DNA of 63,235 nt, counting the filler, from Octopus bimaculoides (Eukaryota), in NCBI RefSeq assembly GCF_001194135.2. It is 10 parts of 9 records of this genome, joined end to end, with 100 filler letters (N's around TTAATTAATTAA, not from the genome) between each part and the next. Parts side by side here need not be neighbours in the genome. Positions count along the whole stretch, not along the records: positions 17,925 to 37,779 come from NC_068981.1; 9 more parts are not named here. One strand, given 5' to 3'. Made by a program: the position numbers and the translations under genes. Numbering within the stretch: the first letter of the stretch is position 1; each line of letters starts with the position of its first letter. Below are positions 23,810 to 36,069 of the stretch, in pieces. The notes below the pieces were generated by a model. That model was not told the origin of the DNA and did not search any database. It worked only from the letters and a program-made list of their open reading frames with translations.

Positions 23810-24600
23810 TACGTGAACCGTTGGCGATTTTCCTTCTTCTTTAGACTTTTCCCTTTCTCCTTTCCGACGAAGAGCCATGCTCGAAACGTTAAAAACTCTC
23901 TCCTTTCACCGAGCGTCAAACTAATATAATTCTTGTACACTTTCTCACGTTCGTTTTTTTTTTCTCTTTTTCTCTCTCTTCTTTTTTTATATTGTTTGTT
24001 CATTGAATTGTCTATACATACATAAATATACAGGCTGGTCCTGTCCGTCTGTCCTGCCGCCCGGTCTGTTAAGATTTTCCATTTTCCTTTGCGCCAGCAT
24101 ACCACGCTCGTCTGATGGTCGAAATACCCTTTTTGTTTTATTTTTGCTGCATTTGTACAATTATTTTCCTTTTGTTGTATAACCGAAAGGCGTTTGTCCA
24201 TTGTATGTGTATATTCTATTTCATAACGTTATATTCGTCTGATAGTCGAAAGACCCTTTCTGCTATTTATTTATTTATTTGTATCCGTATATGTACAAAA
24301 GATTTTTTTTCCCTTTCTATTATACAGCCGTGTATAATTCTAGCTTTCTTGTTTTTGTTTCAGTTCTTGTTTTCGTTCTTGTACACATTCGTTTGCCTTT
24401 CCCATAGGTTTAATGCTTTTAGCTTAAATCCCTGGTCCCGCTGGATTTGAGAAGCATCGGAGATAAGGGGGAGAAACGACAGAGACATTCCGAACTCCAA
24501 CTGAAGAGGTTATCGGCTGCGAACGATCCGTGTATCTTGTTTTTATTCTGTTTGCCGTGCTATCGTCCATTTTCCCGCATGTTGTGTTCTTTCACTGATT
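23810..24600 (+). mobile_element. Non-coding interspersed repeat with hammerhead-like motifs (probably PLE-terminal)
   Basis: ccgacgaagagccatgctcgaaacg at 23864; two internal tctgat(g/a)gtcgaaa motifs at 24110 and 24237. The 3' part is homologous in reverse orientation to 29775-30331. Confidence 0.55.
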
Positions 24601-24648
<48 letters not shown>

Positions 24649-24651
24649 TTC

Positions 24652-24804
24652 AGGCGTAACTGTATGGTAAGAAGCTTGCTTTTCATCCATATGGTTCAGG
24701 GTTCAGTCCCACTGAGTAGCACCTTGGGCAAGTGTCTTCTATAACCTCTGGCTGACCAGGGCCTTGTGAGTGGATTTGGTAGACGGAAACTCGTCGTGTG
24801 TGTG

Positions 24805-24874
<70 letters not shown>

Positions 24875-25105
24875 ATTGTGCCTGCGTTTGCCCCCCCTCC
24901 ACGCCACAACACTTGACAGCCGATGTTGGGGTGTTTACGTCCGCGTAACTTAGTGGCTCGACAAAGGACACCGATAGAATAAGTACTACGCTTACAAAGA
25001 AGAAAAGAAGTACTGGAGTCGATTTATTCGACTAAAACCCATAAAGTTGGTGCTCCAGCATGACCGCAATCAAATTACTGAAACATGTAAAAGAATAAAC
25101 GAATA
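24652..25105 (+). mobile_element. Full-length SINE family B with internal (TA)n(TG)n
   Basis: Head ctgtatggtaagaagcttgc...gggttcagtcccactg, ttgggcaagtgtcttcta, internal microsatellite, then ccgatagaataagtac...gtcgatttattcgact and ctgaaacatgtaaaagaat. Confidence 0.87.
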
Positions 25106-25112
25106 TATATAC

Positions 25113-25145
<33 letters not shown>

Positions 25146-25349
25146 NNNNNNNNNNNNNNNNNNNNNNNNNNNNNNNNNNNNNNNNNNNNNNNNNNNNNNN
25201 NNNNNNNNNNNNNNNNNNNNNNNNNNNNNNNNNNNNNNNNNNNNNNNNNGATCTCTCACTAAATATATATATATAGATATATGAATATATATATACCCAT
25301 ACATAATATACACACACACATACATACAAACACACGTATACATTATATA

Positions 25350-25515
25350 CACGATGAGTTTTCACATAGTTTCCGTCTACCAAATTCACTCATAGGTCAT
25401 TGCTCGGTCCGGGGCTATATTAGAAGTCACTTGCCCAAGGTGTCGCGCATTGGAACTGAACCCCAAACCACGTGGTTGCAAAGTGAGCTTCTTAACCACA
25501 GAATCATGCCTATGA
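25350..25515 (-). mobile_element. SINE family B 5' half
   Basis: agtttccgtctaccaaattcactca...cttgcccaaggtgtc...gaactgaacccc...gagcttcttaacc. Confidence 0.72.
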
Positions 25516-25627
25516 TACTGATATTGTTTGTTATTACATGTAAATGTTTGTCTTATGATTGCGTTGTAGTCAATATGTTCATATCACAATGTTCAAGTTG
25601 TTCACTATGCTAAGAATAATACCATAA

Positions 25628-25798
25628 TGTTCTTTTCTACTCTAGGCATTAGACCCGAAATTTTACTTAATTTATCGACTCCGAAAGGATAACAGGCAAA
25701 GTCGATCTCGGCGGAGTTTGAACCCAGAACATAAAACAGACGAAATACCGCTAAGCATTTCGCCCAGCATGCTAACTTTTCTGCCAGCTCGCTGCCTC
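25628..25798 (-). mobile_element. SINE family A with internal deletion
   Basis: Head and core match 22903-23106, but the segment between gaaattt and tacttaattt is missing. Confidence 0.8.
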
Positions 25799-25917
25799 AT
25801 AATACCATAATGTTGACGTGACCATGTCTTTATTCGTTAATATCATAATGCTGAGTTTATTCCTAAAATGTCCATGTCATAATGTTGTATTTATTGTCAT
25901 AATATTGGTTTTAAATT

Positions 25918-26105
25918 TTGGCACAAGGCCAACAGGATCGGGAGGATGGCTAATTCGATTACATCAACTCCAGTATCCAACTGGTACTTAGTTCATCGAC
26001 GCCGAAAGGATGAAAGGCAAAGTCGAACTCGGTGGAATTTGAACTCAGAACGTAGACACGGACGAAATGTCGCTAAGTATATTTTGCTTGGCAAGCTAAC
26101 GATTT
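25918..26105 (-). mobile_element. SINE family A
   Basis: ggcacaaggcc...gaaaggatgaaaggcaaagtcgaactcggtggaatttgaactcagaacg. Confidence 0.83.
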
Positions 26106-26119
26106 CAAGCGGAATGTAC

Positions 26120-26580
26120 TGAACTCTTACATATGGTGCACATTGGCAAAAAGAAAGACAGAGTTAGAGAACGTTAAGGTTGTTGGATATGGACAGTGTG
26201 GAGTGCATTGCATTGGTTTATATGCATTATGGCGATGCTTGATTTTACTGCAGGGTCTATCGATTCTTCACCGTGTCCCTATGTAATTTCTTTTGACATG
26301 TTTTCTACCCAAATGTCCCTATACATGTCTTGCAATTACATTCGAGTTGTTACTGTGTGATTTCGAGATTTTTTGGTTGGGGCTACCGATATGCAATCCG
26401 TGCAATTCTAACTTACTTTAACCGAATAATTGCTGAATATTTTGTGATATCGGTATATAAGAGGAGAACTGTCTACTGAATGTCTTCGCAAAATTTCTAG
26501 ATACGGGGACGGTTAAATCAGAGGTTGTGTTTGTTTTTACATTTGGTTTAATCGGTGTAGGATGGTCGATGTATTTCACC
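26120..26580 (-). mobile_element. Possible decayed Penelope-type endonuclease region
   Basis: Weak pieces across frames (IPISQN, VKSSIA, H-rich tail) resemble the KSxIAEH segment seen in the 41736 PLE ORF. Confidence 0.33.
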
Positions 26581-26603
26581 TTATATATGTAGGAATATAT
26601 ACA

Positions 26604-26640
<37 letters not shown>

Positions 26641-27884
26641 NNNNNNNNNNATGCATACATAAGCGTGCGCGCACACACGTACGAACGCACACACACACAC
26701 ACACGCATATGTATGCATGCGTGTAAACCTTAATATAATATTTGTATATGTATATACATAAAGATATGTGTGTATAATGTGTTATATCAGAACTGAAAGA
26801 ACTCAGTTTAGATGTAAAGAGTGAGATATCCAATCATAGGTTATGGCACAATTAGTTATACATAAGTTACTATTGGTTTCATGTAAGAAACAAACCCATG
26901 TGGTTCTGAAAGAAAAACATATTACAATCATCAGATCTTTTATAATGGGTAATTCATATGTTTTGAGGCTCACTGATGATTGTTACACGTTTTCTTCGAT
27001 CAATTTTGGTTTTATTTCTTACATGAAATCTGTGGTAACGTGCATATGAATAATTGTTATTCATATGCCCGTTAGGCCCTCTTCAAGGCGGTGCCCGTAG
27101 TCCAATGACCAATGACTGAAATAATAATAAAAAGATATATATGCATATGCGTCTATACATACTCATACACATCCATCCATCCATCCATCCATCCATCCAT
27201 CCATCCATCCATCCATCCATCCATCCATCCATCCAGCCAGCCAGCCAGCCATACAAGAACATAGTACATACTCACATACAAACATACATAGATACATACG
27301 TATGCGTGTATATTCGTGATTTGTAGCAAATATAACGAAGTGAATATAAGTACGTGGGTATACATAGATACATGTTTGCATACACACTCACACACAAATA
27401 TATGTACGTGTATATATATATAACAAATTCAAATTACGATAAACGTAAACAAACAAACGAAGTTTGCTTTTAGAAGCGTTGAGATGTCTTAGAAAGTTAA
27501 AGAAGTGATTTTAAATTCTCAAACGCAGGATAATGCCAATAATATAGCCTGAACAGGATAAACTACCCCTATTTTGCAGAAAAAAGTGTGGGCGGCCAAC
27601 GCTTACACACTAGAAAAATCCTAACAAAAAAGGCTAGTAACATCCTCATAAAAGATTTCATAACAATAAAAAATAAATTTTTAATCACCTTTATACTTCA
27701 AAAAGTGTATTAAGTAATGCTCATAGACTTTCAAATNNNNNNNNNNNNNNNNNNNNNNNNNNNNNNNNNNNNNNNNNNNNNNNNNNNNNNNNNNNNTATA
27801 TATAATACAAAGAATATATATGCATGTATACTCACATCTATGTACATACCTACATCTACATGTGAATATAGATGCATATCAGGG

Positions 27885-28003
27885 TACAGGACGTTAGAAC
27901 AATGAACTACAGACCACGGAACGAACACATAGGAAAACAGATAGCCACTTGGAATTAATCCTTCGTCAGCTGCCTCTATTCTAACTAGACGTTTCGAAGA
28001 TAT
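27885..28003 (-). mobile_element. PLE terminal-repeat remnant with a broken hammerhead motif
   Basis: Minus strand cagctgacgaaggattaattcc has a CTGACGA core and a gga..tcc stem, but the following GAAA is lost. Confidence 0.35.
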
Positions 28004-28005
28004 GA

Positions 28006-29250
28006 TTTTATATATAAAATAGACCGGTGTGTGTGTGTTTGCTTTTCACGCGAAAACGGCTGCACGAATTGCTTCCATACTTGGGGTACATGAATAATTC
28101 GACATGGGATACAATAATATGGTCTTGATTTATTTTTTTATTATAAATAAATGATATTGTTAAGCTTAACTTCTTTAAAAAGGCTTTTCAATGTCAACTT
28201 CCGGTACCGACATAACAATTGCGGCTTGCTAGACACATACATGTATGTCTGACGTAGCAACTCCACTTCCTTATTCACTCTCACTTCCCTCTCTTCCTTC
28301 CTCACTCTATCAATAACTCAACTTCTTTCGATTTTACAAATATCTATTTTTAATATTTGGAAGGCGCGTTCCCTATATAATTTCTCACTGTACTTCCTCT
28401 CATTCTATCTCTTACTCTATTATTCTCTCTTCATTCTGTCAACCATTCTGTCTAGCGTTTACCATTGAAACGATTTCTGGTACCAAATAAATTATTACAG
28501 TTACTTTCAGTGTTTACAATCTTCTGTACCGGTGTATTTGTGTATCCGTAAATAACCATGTCTAGAAAGAAGGTGTCAAATTTGACTCCAGTGTCAAGGT
28601 CAGCCAAAAGAATGTCTTTGTAGAGGGAAAGAGAGACAGCAGAAAAAAGGGAAGCACGCCAAAAAAGAAACAGACTGTGCACTACAGTAGCCAGAACATA
28701 TAAGAATGATGAGAAAAGAGTTGTGAGTCAAAAAGAAAGAAAGAAAAAAAGAAAGAAAAAAAGAAAGAAAGAAAGAAAGAAAACCAGTTGCATGCTGGTG
28801 TTGTCCGAGCATTTCAAAGTACTGAACAGAAGAATGCACGTCTGACAAGGAATAGGACCTCCACTGCAAAACGAAGAGCAGTTACAACAGCTCGGAGAAA
28901 CAGCTCCTATAATGCAGCTTTCAACTATGATCCAGTAGTTAATTATGCAAATGACACTAAAGTTTCCATTGGTGCAATGACAACTGAGTGCATACACTGT
29001 AAAGCAACGAAATGGCTTGGAAAGACACCTGTGCTGTGCTGATGCGGTGGAAAGGTTAAACACTTTGCAATGCCCCAATCTCCAGAGCCATGAATAATAC
29101 GTACATGTAATGTACAGAAGTGTAAAACCGTTGAGTATTAAAAGTAAGTATTAGTTTCTGAGAAATACTCTAATCTTACACTACAAACAAAGAGTACTGT
29201 GTTAAGGCTATGAGTTTATGACCCGAGTAAAACCGGGTCCTTCTGCTTAT
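28006..29250 (+). mobile_element. Non-autonomous Helitron carrying the Rep N-terminus
   Basis: 5' ttttatatataaaa...tcacgcgaaaacggctg. Coding relic MSRKKVSNLTPVSRSAKRMSL*RERETAEKREAR (ATG at 28558) and AAFNYDPVVNY...SIGAMTTECIHCKATKW...CRCGGKV...PQSPEP. 3' hairpin acccg-agtaaaac-cgggt at 29221-29238, then a degenerate CTAG end. Confidence 0.8.
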
Positions 29251-29774
29251 ATATATATATATATATNNNNNNNNNNNNNNNNNNNNNNNNNNNNNNNNNN
29301 NNNNNNNNNNNNNNNNNNNNNNNNNNNNNNNNNNNNNNNNNNNNNNNNNNNNNNNNNNNNNNNNNNNNNNNNNNNNNNNNNNNNNNNNNNNNNNNNNNNN
29401 NNNNNNNNNNNNNNNNNNNNNNNNNNNNNNNNNNNNNNNNNNNNNNNNNNNNNNNNNNNNNNNNNNNNNNNNNNNNNNNNNNNNNNNNNNNNNNNNNNNN
29501 NNNNNNNNNNNNNNNNNNNNNNNNNNNNNNNNNNNNNNNNNNNNNNNNNNNNNNNNNNNNNNNNNNNNNNNNNNNNNNNNNNNNNNNNNNNNNNNNNNNN
29601 NNNNNNNNNNNNNNNNNNNNNNNNNNNNNNNNNNNNNNNNNNNNNNNNNNNCGTATCCAATTAACTTAAGGCTTGGTTTGTTTACGCTTTACCCTCCGGT
29701 TTTTTGTTCTATGTGTGCCATAAATATCGCCATCCGCTTTAGAGAAAAATTTATATATATATATATATGCCAAA

Positions 29775-30331
29775 AGTAAAAAAACACAACAAACGGAAAC
29801 AGTCAAAACATTACAAGCGGGAAAAGGCCGATAGCGCAACAACGGCAAACAGGACAAAACAAGATACACGGATCATTCGCAGCCAATTGCCTCTTCAGTT
29901 GGAGTCTGGAATGTCTGCGTAGTTTCGCCCAATCCTCTCCGATGCTACTCGAAACCGGTTGGGCGAAGGACTTAAGTTAAAAGCATTAAGCCCCTGGATA
30001 AGGCAGACGAATGTTCATAAACAAACATAAAGAAGTAACAAGCAAAAAGGGTCTTTTGACTATCGGACAAACATAACATAGGAAACAGAATTACACATAT
30101 ACAATGGACAAAAGTCTTCCGGCTATACAACAAAAGGAAAATAATTATGCAATTACAACAAAAACAAACAGGATCTTTCGACTACCAGAAGGTAGCGCAA
30201 GGAAAAAGGAAATGGAAAAATCCTAACTGACCAAGTAGCAAGACAGAACAGAACAGTATAAATGTGACTAACCTTAAGGGCAGTCGGTCGAAAAAGGACG
30301 ACAATGTCTAAACCGGACAGCGATAATATAT
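29775..30331 (-). mobile_element. Second copy of the 23810-24600 non-coding repeat
   Basis: aagatacacggatcattcgcagcc...cctcttcagttggagt...aaaagcattaa...gtcttttgactatcggac is the reverse complement of the 24230-24580 segments. Confidence 0.7.
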
Positions 30332-30904
30332 NNNNNNNNNNNNNNNNNNNNNNNNNNNNNNNNNNNNNNNNNNNNNNNNNNNNNNNNNNNNNNNNNNNNN
30401 NNNNNNNNNNNNNNNNNNNNNNNNNNNNNNNNNNNNNNNNNNNNNNNNNNNNNNNNNNNNNNNNNNNNNNNNNNNNNNNNNNNNNNNNNNNNNNNNNNNN
30501 NNNNNNNNNNNNNNNNNNNNNNNNNNNNNNNNNNNNNNNNNNNNNNNNNNNNNNNNNNNNNNNNNNNNNNNNNNNNNNNNNNNNNNNNNNNNNNNNNNNN
30601 NNNNNNNNNNNNNNNNNNNNNNNNNNNNNNNNNNNNNNNNNNNNNNNNNNNNNNNNNNNNNNNNNNNNNNNNNNNNNNNNNNNNNNNNNNNNNNNNNNNN
30701 NNNNNNNNNNNNNNNNNNNNNNNNNNNNNNNNNNNNNNNNNNNNNNNNNNNNNNNNNNNNNNNNNNNNNNNNNNNNNNNNNNNNNNNNNNNNNNNNNNNN
30801 NNNNNNNNNNNNNNNNNNNNNNNNNNNNNNNNNNNNNNNNNNNNNNNNNNNNNNNNNNNNNNNNNNNNNNNNNNNNNNNNNNNNNNNNNNNNNNNNNNNN
30901 NNNN

Positions 30905-31090
30905 GGGAGAATATACAAATAATAACAACAGACGAGGACAGGTGGTGTAAATAACAAAAGTATATATTAGTATGACGCTCGGGAATACGGAAAGTCTTTG
31001 ACGTTTCGAGCTACGCTCTTCAACAGAAAGAATACGGAGACAAGGAGAAAAACACGGAGAAAAAAAATTGAATAGTGTTCAGTCAACGGT
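30905..31090 (-). mobile_element. Short PLE-terminal-like repeat with a minimal hammerhead-like fold
   Basis: Minus 30995-31031 reads tcttt-CTGTTGA-a-gagc/gta/gctc-GAAA-c-gt-c-aaaga; homologous to 31970-32155. Confidence 0.55.
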
Positions 31091-31096
31091 CAATCA

Positions 31097-31328
31097 CAGG
31101 GCTGGCCAAAAGTTACCCGACAGTAAATCAAAATTCCATAAATGCTATCTGTAATTCTGTATTGACTCAAATGGAAAAATGTGTCGCTCAAGAAGGACTT
31201 CAGTTTGAACAATTTTCATGATGTTTCATATTTAGATGTTTTTATTAAATTCGTTAATTTGTTAAACATAAATAATCTTGGAATTAAATGGGTTTGATTT
31301 ACTGTCAGGTGACTTTTGGCCAACCCTG
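31097..31328 (+). mobile_element. Tc1/mariner MITE-like deletion derivative (232 bp)
   Basis: TIRs of about 35 bp: cagggctggccaaaagttacccgacagtaaatcaaa and tttgatttactgtcaggtgacttttggccaaccctg. Right flank TA, left flank CA. The interior encodes a transposase-like C-terminus NAICNSVLTQMEKCVAQEGLQFEQFS*. Confidence 0.87.
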
Positions 31329-31413
31329 TATACATATTTTTATTTATTTATTTATGTGTTTCAGCCAAGTGGCTGCGGTCATGCTGGTGCATGTATATAT
31401 GTAGGTATGTATG

Positions 31414-31447
<34 letters not shown>

Positions 31448-31535
31448 TTATGAATGTAAGTATTTATGTATGTAAGTATATATATGTATATATATAATAT
31501 CATATGTACATATGAACATATATAGAACATTTATA

Positions 31536-31733
31536 GGGTCAGGAGTGGCTGTGTGGTAAATAGCTTTGTTACCAACCACATGGTCCCGGGCAAGTGTCTT
31601 CTACTATAGCATCGAGCCGACCAAAGCCTTGTGAATGGATTTGGTAGATGGAACCTGAAAGAAACCCGTCGTATATATTTGTATGTGTGTGTGTGTGTGG
31701 GTGTGTGCGTGTGTGTGTGTGTGTGTGTGTGCA
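31536..31733 (+). mobile_element. SINE family B 5' half with internal deletion
   Basis: caggagtggctgtgtggtaa...catggtcccggg is joined directly to caagtgtcttctactatagc, so the B-box segment is missing. Confidence 0.8.
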
Positions 31734-31969
31734 NNNNNNNNNNACACCACATCACATCACCCCGCACACACTAGCACTGACCACTTCCCAGCATCTACAC
31801 CATCATCTACACACCTACACACGTCAATGTCACCAGCCCCCTTTTAAACGCAAACACACGCTCTCACAAACACACGCACGCGCATCTTCATTTTGGGATC
31901 ACCACTACTTTATTATCTGCCCTTCTTCCTAGCTCTCCTGTGTGACCCCTCTGTCCGGCATTCGTCATG

Positions 31970-32155
31970 ATAGATCGCTAACCACTAAACCTGTTTCTAT
32001 TTTCTCTCCCTGTTTATTTCTGTGCTTCTTTCTGTCGAGAAGCGTAGGCTCGATACGTAAAATACTTTCTCACTTCCCGAGCGTTAAACTAATACATCTG
32101 GTTGTTGTCTACACCACCTGTCTTCGTCTTTTGTTTTTTTTTGTGAATTCTTCCT
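31970..32155 (+). mobile_element. Short PLE-terminal-like repeat, degenerate hammerhead-like motif
   Basis: tctttctgtcgagaagcgtaggctcgatacgtaaaat...cccgagcgttaaactaatac...acaccacctgtc; inverted homologue of 30905-31090. Confidence 0.55.
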
Positions 32156-32792
32156 ATATANNNNNNNNNNNNNNNNNNNNNNNNNNNNNNNNNNNNNNNN
32201 NNNNNNNNNNNNNNNNNNNNNNNNNNNNNNNNNNNNNNNNNNNNNNNNNNNNNNNNNNNNNNNNNNNNNNNNNNNNNNNNNNNNNNNNNNNNNNNNNNNN
32301 NNNNNNNNNNNNNNNNNNNNNNNNNNNNNNNNNNNNNNNNNNNNNNNNNNNNNNNNNNNNNNNNNNNNNNNNNNNNNNNNNNNNNNNNNNNNNNNNNNNN
32401 NNNNNNNNNNNNNNNNNNNNNNNNNNNNNNNNNNNNNNNNNNNNNNNNNNNNNNNNNNNNNNNNNNNNNNNNNNNNNNNNNNNNNNNNNNNNNNNNNNNN
32501 NNNNNNNNNNNNNNNNNNNNNNNNNNNNNNNNNNNNNNNNNNNNNNNNNNNNNNNNNNNNNNNNNNNNNNNNNNNNNNNNNNNNNNNNNNNNNNNNNNNN
32601 NNNNNNNNNNNNNNNNNNNNNNNNNNNNNNNNNNNNNNNNNNNNNNNNNNNNNNNNNNNNNNNNNNNNNNNNNNNNNNNNNNNNNNNNNNNNNNNNNNNN
32701 NNNNNNNNNNNNNNNNNNNNNNNNNNNNNNNNNNNNNNNNTATATATATATATATATATACATATATAAGAGTACACGCACAGACACCCATA

Positions 32793-32836
<44 letters not shown>

Positions 32837-33429
32837 CCAACACACGCATATAGCTTAGAAAAGCCATTTGCAATGAAGGCGTATAGATAAGTTAGTGTTA
32901 ACATATTTAAATATTTAAATACAAGGAGTATTAAAAAAGCTAACAAGAAACAACTATGCAGTGATGCAAAAGGAAGCCAAACAATATTAGTCACCGACAA
33001 ATATTATATCATACTTTCAGCAAGTACGGGAGACAACTCTGGACATGTTTTGGCATTCTCATAGCATCATCAGTTAAGTATAGACTTCAACGAATTTGCC
33101 AAAGCAGTGATAAGTAAATCGCTAATGAAATTGTACAAGAAGGCACAATTCAATTACGGATTATTCAATCAATACTTCAGAAAGTATGGCGAAGTCATGT
33201 TTCTCTCATGTGGTTATAATTAAAATAATATTATTCAATGACTCATATGGTTTTCTTTCCTCAGCGAATAACTATTTCTAGTTAGCATATTCAATGCTCT
33301 CTGCTTTAAATGTGTTAACGTTAACTTAACATGTATAATATATCAGACCCTTTAAGCTATATCTGCTCTTCAATTATTTCCTGCAACACACGCGGTCTTA
33401 TAATCTATAGACTTTATCAGCACTTCCTC

Positions 33430-33484
33430 TTCTCTCTCCATCCCTCTCTCCCCACTCTTTCTCTATATGTCTGTCTGTCTGTCT

Positions 33485-33532
<48 letters not shown>

Positions 33533-33595
33533 CTATCTCTATCTATCTATTTGCCTATTTGTCTGTCTGTTTCTCTCTCTTATCCTTCCAGCCAC

Positions 33596-33638
<43 letters not shown>

Positions 33639-33731
33639 CTTACCTACCTACCTACCTACCTACCTACCTACCTACCTACCTACCAGCCAGCCTGCCTGCC
33701 TGCCTGCCTGCCTGCCTTCCTGCCTTCCTGC

Positions 33732-33766
<35 letters not shown>

Positions 33767-33830
33767 TCTGCCTGTCTACTACCTCTCTATCTTTCTACCT
33801 ACGTATTTATGTATGTATCGGTCTATCTGT
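33430..33830. repeat. Compound microsatellite (TC, TCTA, CCTA, CCTG, TCTG)
   Basis: Successive di- and tetranucleotide arrays, neighbouring tetranucleotide units mostly differing by one substitution. Confidence 0.95.
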
Positions 33831-33989
33831 GTATCACTTAAATATTCATTCAATCAACTATCAATCAATCAGTCGGTTTGTCTGTCTATCTACTGTAGAT
33901 GTATATGACTGTAGTGCCTCATCTTCACATTCGATGTCTCATATTTGAAAACCCCTTCATAGCTATCAACAATCTCTTCCTCAGATCAA

Positions 33990-34320
33990 TCATAAAAATA
34001 CATATACACAGAATCAGCAGCAATATGAATAGCGTTATTAGTTCTAAGCATTGTATTGGAACAAACACCTCAAATGTTATATACAGTGGAAGGAAACTGC
34101 TATGTTTTCAAAGAATCCACTTTATCCTATCTGCTGGAGTAATCACCAGCATCTACAAGCGTACAAAATTAGACATTATAACATGCCCAGACTGCAACAC
34201 AATACAACATACAATTAACCATTGCATGTCGGAGTATCCTAGCTGGAAGTATAGTGCATCGAGAGTAATTGATATGAAAATCACTCCCAGTCATTCGGCC
34301 GACTACCCACGTAGATGAGA
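33990..34320 (+). mobile_element. Possible LINE C-terminal CCHC fragment
   Basis: TCPDCNTIQHTINHCMSEYP resembles a CPxC...HTxxH..ECP knuckle; little other support. Confidence 0.3.
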
Positions 34321-36069
34321 GCTGACCTGAGGAACACAACAAGAACGACAACTTGTGATGCTGAATTTTCCCACTGCATTCTGATTTGTCCATTTGAGTC
34401 CATATATAAGCTGAGTCCATATATGAGACTCTTTATTTCAGTTCCTGTAAGATATTTCAAGCAATTTCATCAGTCCACGACTAACTTCTCAAAATTCCCA
34501 GCCAGTTACTGCCTTCCATGATGCATAGCATTATAGCAAGAACATTTTCATTGAAACCCGTAATAGCCGAGGAAAGTATTCATTTGATAGTGGATGCTTT
34601 GTACGTGTAGAGTTTACTTAGCTTGTATTCAGAAGCAGAAACAGAATCCAGCGGCCATAGTTACATTAAGATGATTCATGGAGTCTTATACTGAACGTTC
34701 CCAGATTGACCTGGTCCACAATCAGGAAAATCGAAATTATCTGTGCGGAAGAACGCAGTATATCATGATAAAAAATATCGCTTTAACTCTAAAATTTGTG
34801 CCGAAAGTTAGTACAGGTCGTGATTGGTCAAAACCAATTAATGACGGGTCGAAAACAAATCAGTTGTTACTGGCTAATTGAAAGCACATATCGTCTACTA
34901 TGTCATTTTTCTTAACAAAATGTTTTGCCAAATGAATGACGTCATCACAATTGGATTCGTAGCGAAACAAAACATCTTTGCATGAGATAAAATTGCGTTG
35001 TGTTGCATGTAGAATAAAGTGTTCTGTTCAGAAACATAAGGAAACATTAACAAGAGCAGACTTAAATTCATTACGCACAAGCCAATAATCGAATGACCAT
35101 TTCCATGCAGCCATTTCGTCTTTACAATATCTGAAAGTATTTCTGTATGTTCATGGAAATACTGACACAGATGTTTCTATAAAAAAGACTGAGTTGGATC
35201 TTACCGATTGAATATAACCGTTGCGAAAAGGAAACATTGTAAAATATTCTAAAGATTCAGTTACAAATTGGCGCCAGTTTTGACTTGCGAACATTGTATA
35301 TAAACTTTCTTATGACTTAACATAAATGCTGCGTGTAAGCTGAAATAATGCTTTATTGATTGTAAACAAACAACTGTAGTTATTCACGAAGATACACTAC
35401 ACAACCTGATGTATAACACACTACACTATTTCGAGGTGGCACAACATTATTTCGAGGTGTCACTACATTATTGCGAGGCGGCACTATTCGATGCACTGTG
35501 GTACATTACGAGTTAAGATAAAGCTTCCATTTATTTAATGGTTTACAAAAGTCATGCGTTTCTAAGTGTCTTTCTCTGAAATCCAATTATGTAAATTGCA
35601 TGAAGATTACATTTGTTTGTTAAGCTGTTCTTACCTTAATAGATTATCTATTAAATTCTACTGGACGGACATACGCACATCGCATGCAAATATATAGAGA
35701 CACAATTACTATATATGCATCTTTACAGACATATATACTTATTTGCGTACGTAGTTGCATAGATACATACATACATACATGCATACATACATACATACAT
35801 ACATGCATGCATGCATACATACATACATACATACATACATACACACATACATGTATACGTACATGCATACAAAGATGTCTATATGCACACACGTACTTAC
35901 ATATATATGCATATGCAATAATTGTTACAGAGTCTCCTCAGTAAGATACAGATTCGTCCTAGAGAAAAATCTGAAGTGTAGAAGAGAAGTTTAATTAAAG
36001 TTTAGGGTGAATAAAAATTCGAAAGAAACGTTGTTTCTGTATTGAACCAAAAGCATGTCACGTCAATGG

